From assembly GCA_963675755.2 (NCBI GenBank), contig CAXXMD010000003.1, positions 2,464,001-2,528,000 of the forward strand: a stretch of DNA of 64,000 bases, read 5' to 3'. This DNA comes from a bacterium. Lineage in GTDB: Bacteria > Zhuqueibacterota > Zhuqueibacteria > Residuimicrobiales > Krinioviventaceae. A program made the translations under genes and the position numbers. Positions 1 through 9,815 of the stretch are shown here, one piece after another; the stretch's first letter is position 1, and the number at the start of each line of letters is the position of its first letter. Under the pieces are notes generated by a model, which was not told the origin of the DNA, searched no databases, and was given only the letters and a program-made list of their open reading frames with translations.

Positions 1-704
1 CAGTATACAGTGAGCAATTTGGTAAAATGCGATTGGTTGCCAAGGGATCGCGAGGTGTCAAATCCAAATATCTCGGAATATTGGAAACCCTGAACCACGT
101 TACTCTTATTTTTTATCGTAAAGAGAATAGGGATATTCAATACCTCAGCCAGGCGGATGTGGTAGATCGGTTTCCATCTATACATGAACAGTTGGGCAAA
201 CTTGCATTGGCGGCTATTCCCTGCGAGATCATTGACCGGGCCGAGACCACTGAACATCAAAACCAGCCCTTGTTTCATCTGCTCTTAGATACACTGCATG
301 CACTCGAACAGGCCAAAACCGGATTAAAAAATATAATCCGTTCATTTTATTTATATTATATTAAAATTTCGGGTTTTGAACCGGAAATATCCTCATGCGC
401 GCACTGTGGTACAGATACTTTTGATAAAAATTATTTTTTTGAATTGCAGAATGGAAACATTGCATGTGAAGATTGTGCTCTGGTAACGGAAAACAGCGTT
501 CGGCTCTCGGGCAAGGCGTTGGAAACACTGCAATGGTTGAACCGTGTAGACATGTCTCAGGTGTATGATAAAACTTTACCGGCCCAGATTGGGGTGGAAT
601 TGGATGATTTGCTGGTTCCGTATCTTCGGTTCCATATAGAGGGAATTCTCAATTTACGCTCACTTGATCACCTGCACCAGTTACAGAGTCATCTTGAAAA
701 ATAA
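1..704 (+). CDS. recO: DNA repair protein RecO (5' end lies outside the window)
   Basis: Frame is open back to the window start (VYSEQFGKMRLVAKG...). It has the RecO 'G.i.lvAKG.r..kS' motif and a C-terminal CxxC...CxxC zinc finger (CAHC/CEDC), and sits next to GlyRS as is common. Confidence 0.9.
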   Translation, partial: VYSEQFGKMRLVAKGSRGVKSKYLGILETLNHVTLIFYRKENRDIQYLSQADVVDRFPSIHEQLGKLALAAIPCEIIDRAETTEHQNQPLFHLLLDTLHALEQAKTGLKNIIRSFYLYYIKISGFEPEISSCAHCGTDTFDKNYFFELQNGNIACEDCALVTENSVRLSGKALETLQWLNRVDMSQVYDKTLPAQIGVELDDLLVPYLRFHIEGILNLRSLDHLHQLQSHLEK

Positions 705-794
705 ACTTGAATATGTCGTAAATTATTCGTAATTATATATTTTTAAATCCTTTGGATTAATTGTAATGCTGTAAAAATAGATAAGGGTAAAATA

Positions 795-2120
795 ATGGCT
801 AAAACCGAAACCGTTATGGACAAACTGGTGTCTTTGTGTAAAAGACGTGGATTTATATTTCAATCGAGTGATATTTACGGCGGATTGTCTGCCGTGTATG
901 ATTATGGTCCATTGGGCGTAGAGTTGAAAAACAATATCAAGAAATTCTGGTGGAAATGGATGGTGCAAACCCGCGACAATATCGTAGGTTTGGATGCAGC
1001 AATCTTAATGGCTGCACGTGTTTGGGAAGCTTCTGGCCACGTTGAAGGCTTTACCGATCCGTTAGTGGATTGTAAAAAATGTAAGCACCGTTTCCGTGAA
1101 GATTTGCTTGAAGATGCTTCCGTGTGTCCCGATTGTGGCGGCGAGTTGACCGAATCACGTCAGTTTAACCTCATGTTCAAAACAAATATCGGTCCTGTTG
1201 AAGAAAGCTCAAGCACAATCTTTTTGCGCCCCGAGACCGCTCAGGGTATTTATGTAAACTTTCCCAATGTTGCGGATTCTACCCGTGTGAAAATCCCTTT
1301 TGGTATTGCACAGATTGGTAAAGCGTTCCGTAACGAAATTACGACCGAGAATTTTATTTTCCGTACCCGTGAGTTTGAACAGATGGAAATGCAGTTTTTT
1401 GTTCGCCCCGGTACCGATAAAGAACATTTTGAAAACTGGAAACAGGACCGTATCCGTTATTACGGTGAACTGGGTATCAATCAGGATAAAGTACGCTTTC
1501 ACCAGCATGGTCCCAATGAACTTGCACATTACGCAGCAGACGCGTTCGACATTGAATACGAGTTCCCCTTTGGATGGAAAGAGCTGGAAGGTATCCACAA
1601 CAGAACCGATTTTGACCTGAAACGTCACTCGGAATATACCGGTAAACCTCTGCTCTATACAGATGAAGAGATTAAAGAAAAATATATTCCCTATATTGTA
1701 GAAACTTCTGCCGGTGCAGACCGTACCGTAATGGCTGTACTTTCAGATGCCTTTGAAGAACAACAGTTGGAAAAAGATACCCGTACCGTGATGCATTTTG
1801 CTCCAGAGATTGCGCCTATTAAGGCAGGTATTTTCCCATTAGTGAAAAAAGAAGGCTTGCCCGAGATCGCCCGCAAGATCCAGAATATGCTGAAACCTCA
1901 TTACAATGTGTTCTATGATGAAGGTGGTGCAGTTGGCCGTCGGTATCGCCGTCAGGACGAGATCGGTACACCCTATTGTATTACTGTGGATTTTGATACC
2001 AAAGAAGATGAAGCTGTAACCATACGTGAACGCGATAGTATGGAACAGAGCCGCGTAAAAATCGATGAGCTGCGTAACTGGATGTTTGAGCGCATTGACA
2101 ATCGCGTAAAATACGAATAA
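795..2120 (+). CDS. glyQS: Glycine--tRNA ligase, homodimeric (alpha2) type
   Basis: Class II aaRS motifs LRPETAQG, FRNEIT, FIFRTREFEQME and ELEGIHNRTDFDL, plus anticodon-binding domain GRRYRRQDEIGTP. Confidence 0.97.
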   Translation: MAKTETVMDKLVSLCKRRGFIFQSSDIYGGLSAVYDYGPLGVELKNNIKKFWWKWMVQTRDNIVGLDAAILMAARVWEASGHVEGFTDPLVDCKKCKHRFREDLLEDASVCPDCGGELTESRQFNLMFKTNIGPVEESSSTIFLRPETAQGIYVNFPNVADSTRVKIPFGIAQIGKAFRNEITTENFIFRTREFEQMEMQFFVRPGTDKEHFENWKQDRIRYYGELGINQDKVRFHQHGPNELAHYAADAFDIEYEFPFGWKELEGIHNRTDFDLKRHSEYTGKPLLYTDEEIKEKYIPYIVETSAGADRTVMAVLSDAFEEQQLEKDTRTVMHFAPEIAPIKAGIFPLVKKEGLPEIARKIQNMLKPHYNVFYDEGGAVGRRYRRQDEIGTPYCITVDFDTKEDEAVTIRERDSMEQSRVKIDELRNWMFERIDNRVKYE

Positions 2121-2166
2121 TTTGTTAATTATATAGGGCAGAGAAATTTGTCCCTTGAAAATACTG

Positions 2167-2202
2167 CCCACCCAAAGGTTTTATGCTTTGGGTGGGTTTT
2201 TT
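2167..2202 (+). terminator. Rho-independent terminator after glyQS
   Basis: Stem CCCACCCAAAG / CTTTGGGTGGG followed by a T-tract. A very similar hairpin occurs at 8830-8866. Confidence 0.8.
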
Positions 2203-2206
2203 ATTG

Positions 2207-2397
2207 TCTGAATTAAGATTTTTAGGATTAAAGGATTGTAGGATTTTGAAAAGGGGAAAGGTTTAATACTCGCTGGTTCCAGGACTCTACCCTGGGGCCA
2301 AAGGCATATAATGTCGAATGTTATATTTTCATATCCATGCCGAGTATGGGTACGAGAAAAGAACGATCGTGACAGAGATGTTCTCTGTCACGATACA
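2207..2397. repeat. Composite REP-like mosaic (GGATT repeats + CCAGG..CCTGG hairpin + CGATCGTGACAGAGA palindrome)
   Basis: Contains ggattaaaggattgtaggatt, then ccagg-actctac-cctgg, then palindrome atcgtgacagaga-tgt-tctctgtcacgat. The same module order recurs at 3355-3498. Confidence 0.75.
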
Positions 2398-2398
2398 A

Positions 2399-3274
2399 TC
2401 ATTCCTGATTCTCTAATAACGCTCGCATTTCATCAAATTTGATTTTTGTCTCTTCGCTTACCCGCGGATATCGGATACCCATGTTTTTGAGTGTATTGAC
2501 GATTATCTCTGCAACGGTTACGCGCATAAATGGTTTGTCATCAGCGGGGATGGCATACCACGGTGCCCAGGGACGCGATGTTGCGTTCAGTGCATCCTCA
2601 TAAGCCTGCATATATTCCTGCCAGTATCCCCGTTCTTTTATATCACCAGTTGAGAATTTCCAGTTTTTATCCGGTTCATTGAGGCGGTCCAGGAACCGCT
2701 GCCGTTGTTCCTCTTGAGAAACATTGAGCCAGAATTTCAGAATGACGGTTCCGTTTTCGGCCAAATGTTTTTCATGATTCCGAATGGATTCGAACCGCTG
2801 TGGCCATAACTTGTCCGTGTCAATGGGGTAAGGGAGTTTCTGGCCTTTCAGGTATTCGGGATGGACCCGTACAACCAGTACTTCCTCATAATAACTGCGA
2901 TTAAAGATCCCGATGCGTCCCCGTTCCGGCAGGCATTTGCTTGTGCGCCATAAAAAGTCATGGTCCAGTTCTTCTTTGGAGGGTTGTTTAAAAGAGAATA
3001 CCTGGCATCCGGCGGGATTCACCCCGCTCATAACTGTACGGATTGTGCTGTCTTTGCCGGCTGCATCCATTGCCTGAAAGACCAGCAGCAATGCGTATTG
3101 ATCGTGTGCGTACAGGGTGTGCTGTAACTCGTAAAGTTCTTTGACAAGAGATTTTAATCGTTTTTTGTTGGCTTTTTTATTGTGATGCTCTTTTGTGGGA
3201 TGAGTTGGTGCCTGACTTACCGTAAATGTATTGTCAAAGGGGACAAGAAACGGGTGCTCTGTTATATGTTTCAT
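2399..3274 (-). CDS. ppk2: Polyphosphate kinase 2 (polyphosphate:nucleotide phosphotransferase, probably class III)
   Basis: Walker A QAMDAAGKD plus FKQPS, HDFLWR, FNRSYYEEVLVVRVHP and APWYAIPADDK. ATG at 3274 preferred over the TTG at 3301. Confidence 0.93.
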   Translation of the reverse strand: MKHITEHPFLVPFDNTFTVSQAPTHPTKEHHNKKANKKRLKSLVKELYELQHTLYAHDQYALLLVFQAMDAAGKDSTIRTVMSGVNPAGCQVFSFKQPSKEELDHDFLWRTSKCLPERGRIGIFNRSYYEEVLVVRVHPEYLKGQKLPYPIDTDKLWPQRFESIRNHEKHLAENGTVILKFWLNVSQEEQRQRFLDRLNEPDKNWKFSTGDIKERGYWQEYMQAYEDALNATSRPWAPWYAIPADDKPFMRVTVAEIIVNTLKNMGIRYPRVSEETKIKFDEMRALLENQE

Positions 3275-3354
3275 GGTATATATCCGTATTTTATTTAACA
3301 ATGAATGTTTTTAGAATTAAACGGATTTCAATAAAAAAGCAAAGGATTTATTTA

Positions 3355-3498
3355 CCTTGATTAGAGGATTATAGGATTACCCTGATGTATTATAGTGGCC
3401 GACTAAAGACCTGCTCGATTCCAAACTTTTGTTTGGAGATACGAATAAATGATGAAACTAGAAAACGATCGTGACAGAGATCATCTCTGTCACGATCA
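3355..3498. repeat. Composite REP-like mosaic (second copy, other side of ppk2)
   Basis: gattagaggattataggattaccctgat, then ccaaac-tttt-gtttgg, then gatcgtgacagagat-c-atctctgtcacgatc. Confidence 0.75.
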
Positions 3499-3534
3499 GG
3501 ATTGAATTTTTATCCGGTACGAGGTTGCATTATA

Positions 3535-4890
3535 TTATTTCACCGTCACGACTACACGCTGATAGCGGATCAGCTCGGGATTGCCGTTGTCTGTGACTTC
3601 GCAGATAATGTGGATTGTTTGTCCGGTTTTCGCATCGCCGGGTACTGAGATTTCTGTGCTCCATGCATCGGCATGGGGTATGCTTACCACACCCGGGTAT
3701 GTACCGGGATCCCGATACTGCCACCAATTACAAGTTAATTCGTCATTGTCCGGATCCGTTGCGGATGCACTCAACTTGAGGGTTTCTCCCGGAGCGGCAG
3801 TCAAGTCCGCACTGTGTTCCAATTCAACAACAGGGGGATGGTTGGCCTCGTCATAGCTTTTTACGCACCAGTCCGCGCGCGCGGCCCAGTCGTTTTGATA
3901 CGCTTTAGACCAGCGCCAGATGGGTTTGTACAGATCACCATCATCTTTGGCGCCCTGCCATACATCATGCGTGCCCGGTTCCTTTTCAAATCGGCCGCCC
4001 CAGCCGCCATATGTAGGATCTTCCATGCTGCGCAGTCCGGTTTCAATGCTGTACATGAATGATGGTGAATCACCCTCGGAGCGGAAAATATCCATGCCCA
4101 GATTGTGTTTATTCCAGGTGCCGTCATAGGCCTCGTATCGTGCACACAGAGGGCCATTGCCATCAAGGATGTTGGTTTTTATCCATTCTTCACGGTAATA
4201 GTATTGTATGTCCTCCGGGAATTTCTGGTACCAGCGATAGGCTAAAGCTTCATATTGTTTAAAGCTGCCCAAAACTTTGAGATGGGGCCAATTGGGCTGA
4301 ATATAGTCCCGAAAAGTGCGGTCTTGATCTAATATAATATAAAGGATTGCCTTTTTAGATACCTTTTCCATTTGATCAGGGTACTCGTGTTGTATTTTCC
4401 ACAGGGCTCGGGCAATAGTGTTGGTGCCACCCCAGGCCTGCAGATAGACTGGTCTGGGATCATCATCCAGCAATACTTTGACAATGTGGTCAGAACCGGG
4501 AGTATCATGTTCCATGGCACCTACCGAGTCGATATTGCCAATATAGATTTTGCTTCTCAGATGTTTAGGCGTTGGAAAATCAGGCGAGTTTTGTTTCAGA
4601 TTTTCATAACACTGTGCGTACAAATCAATATCCCGATAAAGCCAGGTTTCTCCGGCCCATCTATAGCCTTTCCAGTGGAATTTAGAGCTGGAGTAAATCA
4701 GGCCTTCAACATCCCACTGGTCCGCATACAACAGAAACCGCACCATAGAGCAGCGGTCATCCACTTCACCATCTGTTGTTGCAATAACGCGGGGTTTGGT
4801 TTTTATTTCAGATTTCAAATCTATAGGGGTATTGCAGAAAAACAAGGGGAGAGATATTATTATTATACTCAGGAATAATGTTATTTTCAT
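3535..4890 (-). CDS. DUF1593 / Sde182-like nucleoside-hydrolase-like protein with C-terminal Ig-like domain, exported
   Basis: PRVIATTDGEVDDRCSMVRFLLY, QAWGGTNT, SEGDSPSF, GGWGGRF and QNDWAARADW...ANHPP are typical of DUF1593; N-terminal signal peptide. Confidence 0.85.
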   Translation of the reverse strand: MKITLFLSIIIISLPLFFCNTPIDLKSEIKTKPRVIATTDGEVDDRCSMVRFLLYADQWDVEGLIYSSSKFHWKGYRWAGETWLYRDIDLYAQCYENLKQNSPDFPTPKHLRSKIYIGNIDSVGAMEHDTPGSDHIVKVLLDDDPRPVYLQAWGGTNTIARALWKIQHEYPDQMEKVSKKAILYIILDQDRTFRDYIQPNWPHLKVLGSFKQYEALAYRWYQKFPEDIQYYYREEWIKTNILDGNGPLCARYEAYDGTWNKHNLGMDIFRSEGDSPSFMYSIETGLRSMEDPTYGGWGGRFEKEPGTHDVWQGAKDDGDLYKPIWRWSKAYQNDWAARADWCVKSYDEANHPPVVELEHSADLTAAPGETLKLSASATDPDNDELTCNWWQYRDPGTYPGVVSIPHADAWSTEISVPGDAKTGQTIHIICEVTDNGNPELIRYQRVVVTVK

Positions 4891-5034
4891 GTTTCCCTCA
4901 ACGACTATTAAAACCAGACTTGGATTTTTTCAAGAATACTGTGATCAAGTATATCAATATTCGTTGGAAATTGCAATATTTTTCTGGCATCTTTTAACTT
5001 AAACGTTTACATTAAATCGAGGAGGAAAAGCGAT

Positions 5035-7197
5035 ATGAAAAGATTGTATATGGTTCTATTGTTTGTTCTGTCTTGTGTTATTCATTTACTTGCACAGGAA
5101 AATTTGAATGTACTTAAAGGTCATGAAGAGGAACTGGGAATTTCGGAATACATGATCTATGATTTTTTCATCCGTCAGGCGGATGATTACCGTGAAGCAT
5201 CCCTGCAAAAAAAATCCACATACCATACTCCGGAACAATGGCGCGAATATCAACACTATGTTCGGAAGAATTTCACAAAAGCCATTGGTGAGTTTCCGGA
5301 AAGAACACCCCTGAATGTAAAAAATGTGGGTACCCTTGAACGGAATGGCTATCGCATCGAAAAGATCATTTTCGAGAGCCGTCCACAATTTTATGTCACT
5401 GCAAATGTTTATATCCCTACCAATCTTGCAGGCACCTTACCGGCAATCGTATCGGTTGATGGTCACGGTGCAGCCGGTAAAGTCGGCGGCGGTCAGGAGA
5501 AATTTGTCAATCTGGTTAAAAAGGGATTTATTGTGCTTGCCTATGATCCGGTAGGGCAGGGCGAGCGCAGTGAGTATGTGGATCCTGAAACCGGCCAAGA
5601 TCTCTATCGTCGGGGAACACAGCAGCATTGCCAGGCGGGTAACGTATGTTTTTTAACCGGTACAAACCTGGCTCAATATCGGGCGTGGGACGGAATCCGG
5701 GCTATTGATTATTTGTTAACCCGGCCGGATGTAGACCCGGAAAGAATAGGGATTACCGGATGTTCCGGTGGCGGTACCATTACCACATTTATTACCACGC
5801 TGGATGACAGATTAAAAGCATCAGTCCCTGCATGTTATATTACACGATTACGTGACCGCATGTGCCGCGATGGTGAGATCAGCCATGACGCGGAACAGAG
5901 TCCTGCAGGTATTCTCAAAAAGGGAATCGATATTGCGGATCTGCTGATGCCCATGGCACCACGTCCTTTGATGATCTGTGCAACCCAGCAGGATTTTTTC
6001 CCGTTCAGGGGAGCACTCGCAAATTATAATGAATTGCAACTCATGTATGCGGATTTTAACAGTATGGAGAAATTTACCCTGGCCCAGGCGGATGCCGGTC
6101 ATGGTTATGCTCCGCATGGGCTGCGCGCTTTGTACGCGTTTATGGACCGCTGGCTGGGCGGCAATGATACAGACTGGCGTGAAGTCAAGATTGACCGGGA
6201 ACCGGATTCGCTGCTCTATTGTACCCAAACCGGTGCTGTTGCAACCAGCCTGGGTGGTGAAACCGTATGGTCTATAAATCGTCAGCTGGCAAAAGAGGTT
6301 AAACATTCACCTGCTATACCCCAAAATAAATCCGGATTTGCAGCGTATCGTAATGGATTGGTTAAAGATATACAAACGATTTTAGATCTACCTCAAATCA
6401 ACAAAGCTCCGGTTGTCAAGACTTTTGGTCAATTTACCGAAAAGGGTATAGATGTTGAAAAAATAGCCGTGCAAATTGAAAAAGATATCTGGGTACCGGG
6501 ATTGTTTTACAAGAAACAAGGTGTTACCCAGGGTAATGCGTTGATGATGGTGCACGAGTATGGTAAAACACAACTGCATGATTTAGCTATGGGAAAAGCT
6601 GCCGAGGGCAAGATTGTTTTTACCATCGATCCCCGGGGTGTTGGCGAAACCATGGATTCCTACTGGAAACGCGGTGTGGATACCGGCTATTATGAATGGT
6701 CTCGCGATGAAACCAGCTTTACCTACAGCTCGTTTCTGTTGGGACGCCCAATGCTGGGACTGCGGGTTCTGGATGTCTTGACCGCTGCAAATTATTTAAA
6801 CTCCCGCTCTGAAGTCAAGGGAGAGTTTGCTTTGTACGGAAAAGGTCATGCCGGTTTGATTGCATTGTTTGCAGGCGCTTTGGATGACCGATTTACAAAG
6901 GTTGTTTGCGAGAATGCGTTGATTTCTTATGACTCTATTATTAACGACAAGCATTATGCGGTGCATTTGAACAATTTTTTGCCGGATGTGATCAGACATT
7001 TTGATTTGCCGGATGTGGCGGCAATTACTGCTCCACGGGAATTGTACCTGATAAATCCGGTTGATTCGCAATTAAAAGTGATGAGCAAAAAGGATGCGGA
7101 AAAATGCTGCAAGACGAGCTCATCCGTTTACAAGCTGACCGGTAATGAAAAGAAATTAACAATTGATAATAATGAACAAATTCAAAAAATATTATAG
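5035..7197 (+). CDS. Secreted acetyl-xylan-esterase-like double alpha/beta-hydrolase
   Basis: Signal peptide, YDPVGQGER, nucleophile GCSGGG, DGIRAIDYLLTRPDVDPERIG and a second degenerate hydrolase domain. Confidence 0.8.
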   Translation: MKRLYMVLLFVLSCVIHLLAQENLNVLKGHEEELGISEYMIYDFFIRQADDYREASLQKKSTYHTPEQWREYQHYVRKNFTKAIGEFPERTPLNVKNVGTLERNGYRIEKIIFESRPQFYVTANVYIPTNLAGTLPAIVSVDGHGAAGKVGGGQEKFVNLVKKGFIVLAYDPVGQGERSEYVDPETGQDLYRRGTQQHCQAGNVCFLTGTNLAQYRAWDGIRAIDYLLTRPDVDPERIGITGCSGGGTITTFITTLDDRLKASVPACYITRLRDRMCRDGEISHDAEQSPAGILKKGIDIADLLMPMAPRPLMICATQQDFFPFRGALANYNELQLMYADFNSMEKFTLAQADAGHGYAPHGLRALYAFMDRWLGGNDTDWREVKIDREPDSLLYCTQTGAVATSLGGETVWSINRQLAKEVKHSPAIPQNKSGFAAYRNGLVKDIQTILDLPQINKAPVVKTFGQFTEKGIDVEKIAVQIEKDIWVPGLFYKKQGVTQGNALMMVHEYGKTQLHDLAMGKAAEGKIVFTIDPRGVGETMDSYWKRGVDTGYYEWSRDETSFTYSSFLLGRPMLGLRVLDVLTAANYLNSRSEVKGEFALYGKGHAGLIALFAGALDDRFTKVVCENALISYDSIINDKHYAVHLNNFLPDVIRHFDLPDVAAITAPRELYLINPVDSQLKVMSKKDAEKCCKTSSSVYKLTGNEKKLTIDNNEQIQKIL

Positions 7198-7207
7198 AGG
7201 TTGTACT

Positions 7208-8788
7208 ATGAAATTAAAAACGGTTCTCGTTCTATTTTTATTGGCTGTAATATCTCTGCCTTTGGGTGCAGAACCCTGGGTAGCAGATTTGGGAGACGGC
7301 ACCTATAAAAATCCGGTATTGTTTGCAGACTATTCGGACCCTGATGTGATCCGTGTGGGTGATGATTTTTATATGGTAGCATCCAGCTTTACCTGTATCC
7401 CTGGAGTACCGGTACTCCATTCAAAAGATATGGTCAACTGGACCATCATTGGGCATGTATACGACAGACTGCCGTTGGAAAAATATAATGAGCCGGTGCA
7501 TGGCGAGGGATCCTGGGCACCGTCTATACGATATCATGACGGTATGTTTTATGTCTATTTCTGTACCCCGCATGATGGTTTGTTTATGGGGCAAACCAAA
7601 GATCCTGTCGGCAAGTGGGATCTGCACCATGTAGTGGATGTGGAAATGTGGGAAGACCCCTGTCCCTTGTGGGATGATGACGGCAATGCCTACCTTGTGC
7701 GCAGTAAACTCCGTGCGGATATTTTGTATCTGCACAAAATGAGCCCGGATGGAAAACAGATCCTTGATAATGGTACCATAATTTATTACAACATGGACAA
7801 ACACCCGACCATTGAAGGCCCCAAGTTTATGAAAAAAGACGGGTATTATTACATTCTGGCTCCCGCAGGTGGTGTAGGTCAGGGATGGCAAACCGCTTTG
7901 AGATCAAAGAATATTTATGGTCCTTACGAAGATCAGATCGTTTTACATACCGGCAGTACGGATATTAACGGTCCGCACCAGGGTGGACTGGTAGAGTTGG
8001 AATCCGGTGAGTGGTGGTTCATGCATTTTCAGGAACGTCAGCCCTGGGGACGTATTGTGCATCTCCAACCCGTACATTGGGAAAACGGCTGGCCCATGAT
8101 GGGAAAAGATATTGACAATGACGGCATTGGTGAGCCGGTAGCATCCTGGAAAAAACCGGATGTTGGTAAGACCTGGCCGGTTCAAATCCCTCAAACTACT
8201 GACGAGTTTAATGAAAAAGATCTGGGACTGCAATGGCAGTGGCAGGCAAATCCTCAGGATGCGTGGTATTCTTTGACTGCGAATCCCGGAAATATGCGCC
8301 TGTACGCAACCCGTAACCTGACCCAGTTTGGGAATTTACTCTTTGTGCCCAATCTTTTATTGCAGAAATTATCGTCGCCCGCGTTTACCGCAACAACCAA
8401 ACTCGTTTTTAATCCTGATTTGCCGGATGAAAAAGCAGGCCTGGTAATGATGGGCAACGAGTGGGCCCATATTGTGATGAACAATGATAAAGACGGTATG
8501 GAAATTGCCATGTATGTGGGTAAATATGACCGTGAAAATGACGCGACTCAGAAGATTGAAACCGTTAAAGTTAAAGGCAATACCTGCTATTTGCAGTTAA
8601 AGTTTAGTGAAAATGGCGAGTGTTCATTCTATTACAGCCTGGATGGTAAGGATTTTCTACCCTTGGGCACAACCTTTGATGTTATTGAAGGGCACTGGAT
8701 TGGCGCCAAAGTGGGTATTTTTTGCAGCAGTCCCAATATGCAGCTCTCCAAAGGCTATGCCGATTTTGACTGGTTCAAAATGGATTAA
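7208..8788 (+). CDS. Glycoside hydrolase family 43 (beta-xylosidase/arabinofuranosidase-like) with C-terminal ConA-like domain
   Basis: YSDPDVIRVGDDFY, SWAPSIRYH, WEDPC, IEGPK and HQGGLV are GH43 motifs. Start placed at ATG 7208 (SD gagg, then a signal peptide). Confidence 0.92.
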   Translation: MKLKTVLVLFLLAVISLPLGAEPWVADLGDGTYKNPVLFADYSDPDVIRVGDDFYMVASSFTCIPGVPVLHSKDMVNWTIIGHVYDRLPLEKYNEPVHGEGSWAPSIRYHDGMFYVYFCTPHDGLFMGQTKDPVGKWDLHHVVDVEMWEDPCPLWDDDGNAYLVRSKLRADILYLHKMSPDGKQILDNGTIIYYNMDKHPTIEGPKFMKKDGYYYILAPAGGVGQGWQTALRSKNIYGPYEDQIVLHTGSTDINGPHQGGLVELESGEWWFMHFQERQPWGRIVHLQPVHWENGWPMMGKDIDNDGIGEPVASWKKPDVGKTWPVQIPQTTDEFNEKDLGLQWQWQANPQDAWYSLTANPGNMRLYATRNLTQFGNLLFVPNLLLQKLSSPAFTATTKLVFNPDLPDEKAGLVMMGNEWAHIVMNNDKDGMEIAMYVGKYDRENDATQKIETVKVKGNTCYLQLKFSENGECSFYYSLDGKDFLPLGTTFDVIEGHWIGAKVGIFCSSPNMQLSKGYADFDWFKMD

Positions 8789-8829
8789 TTGGCACACCAG
8801 GCACACCAAAACACACTATTATATATGTA

Positions 8830-8866
8830 TACCCCACTCAAAGGATTTAAGTTTTTGGGTGGGGTA
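8830..8866 (+). terminator. Hairpin/terminator after GH43 (same family as 2167-2202)
   Basis: TACCCCACTCAAAG...TTTTGGGTGGGGTA. Confidence 0.6.
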
Positions 8867-8884
8867 AATTTCTCTGTTATTATC

Positions 8885-8983
8885 GTTATACACGGAAGAT
8901 ATGAATTTTAGTATGAATAGCCCGGCACCTCTGAGGTGCCGGGCTATTTTTATTAAAGCTTGCCTACGAAAGATACGAATTAA
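8885..8983. repeat. Composite repeat centred on the CCCGGCACCTC-t-GAGGTGCCGGG palindrome (left of brnTA)
   Basis: Perfect palindrome aatagcccggcacctc-t-gaggtgccgggctatt flanked by cacgga and tacgaaagatacgaatta. A half copy lies at 9016-9031 and a homologous unit at 9675-9781. Confidence 0.75.
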
Positions 8984-9069
8984 CACTGGTGATCATTTGA
9001 ATTGCCTAATACAATTGAGGTGCCGGGTTATTGCTTGCTAATTATGATGCATATTTATACAAAAAAGGC

Positions 9070-9098
9070 TTGATTAATATATAAAAAATATATATTAT
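9070..9098 (+). promoter_or_regulatory. sigma70-type promoter of brnTA with overlapping inverted repeat (candidate antitoxin operator)
   Basis: TTGATT-17 nt-TATTAT. Inverted repeat TAATATATA (9075-9083) / TATATATTA (9089-9097) lies across the spacer and -10. Confidence 0.55.
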
Positions 9099-9108
9099 TA
9101 ATATAATT

Positions 9109-9378
9109 ATGGATTTCGAATACGATTATAATAAAAGTCAAAGCAATAAAGAAAAGCATGGAATAAATTTTATTGATGCTCAAAGTCTCTGGGATGATGA
9201 TTATCGTGTAGAAATTCCAATTAAATATGTGGATGAACCAAGGTATCTCTTGATTGCACGATTGGAAAGCAAATATTGGTCTGCAATATTTACATATCGA
9301 TACCAAAAGATTAGAATTATATCAGTAAGAAGGTCACGAAAAAATGAAAAAGATATCTATAACAGCGCAAGAATTTGA
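9109..9378 (+). CDS. brnT: BrnT family ribonuclease toxin
   Basis: MDFEYDYNKSQSNKEKHGINF...EPRY...IRIISVRRSRKNE is the DUF497/BrnT signature. Confidence 0.92.
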   Translation: MDFEYDYNKSQSNKEKHGINFIDAQSLWDDDYRVEIPIKYVDEPRYLLIARLESKYWSAIFTYRYQKIRIISVRRSRKNEKDIYNSARI

Positions 9379-9595
9379 TGAGAAATTTGATACCGGTCAG
9401 GATATTACTGATCATCTGGATCTTGATAATATCAACCGACCCGGTTTAGAGCAAAAACGTGTGAATGTGGATTTCCCTGTTTGGATGGTCCAGTCTTTGG
9501 ATAAAGAAGCAAGGCGTTTAGGCGTAACCCGACAGTCTATCATTAAAATTTGGATTGCTGAAAAGTTGAAAGAAACACAATCTGAAATGGTTTAA
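9344..9595 (+). CDS. brnA: BrnA/CopG-family RHH antitoxin
   Basis: AQEFDEKFDTG...KRVNVDFPVWMVQSLDKEARRLGVTRQSIIKIWIAE ribbon-helix-helix; overlaps the toxin stop. Confidence 0.9.
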   Translation: MKKISITAQEFDEKFDTGQDITDHLDLDNINRPGLEQKRVNVDFPVWMVQSLDKEARRLGVTRQSIIKIWIAEKLKETQSEMV

Positions 9596-9674
9596 ATTTA
9601 GATTTGTTTGGATACAACGAGCATGTCCGAATCCCCAACTCTGTGCACCCTGTGCCTCTGCGTTTTATGATTTT

Positions 9675-9781
9675 TTACCCACGGATGAAACGAACTCATT
9701 CTAATGAAAATATGAGTTTCCCCGCACCTCCGAGGTGCCGGGAAATTTTTATAAAGTTAACCCACGAATGACACGGATTAT
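9675..9781. repeat. Composite repeat, direct copy of 8885-8983 (right of brnTA)
   Basis: cccacggatgaaacgaa ... tttccccgcacctc-c-gaggtgccgggaaa ... tttataaagttaacccacgaatgacacggatta. Confidence 0.7.
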
Positions 9782-9815
9782 TTTATGAATAGATGCAGCT
9801 TTATAATTAAATTAA

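Noticed and set aside
705-794. T-box leader upstream of glyQS
   Set aside because: The region is only 90 AT-rich nt, with no T-box sequence or terminator.
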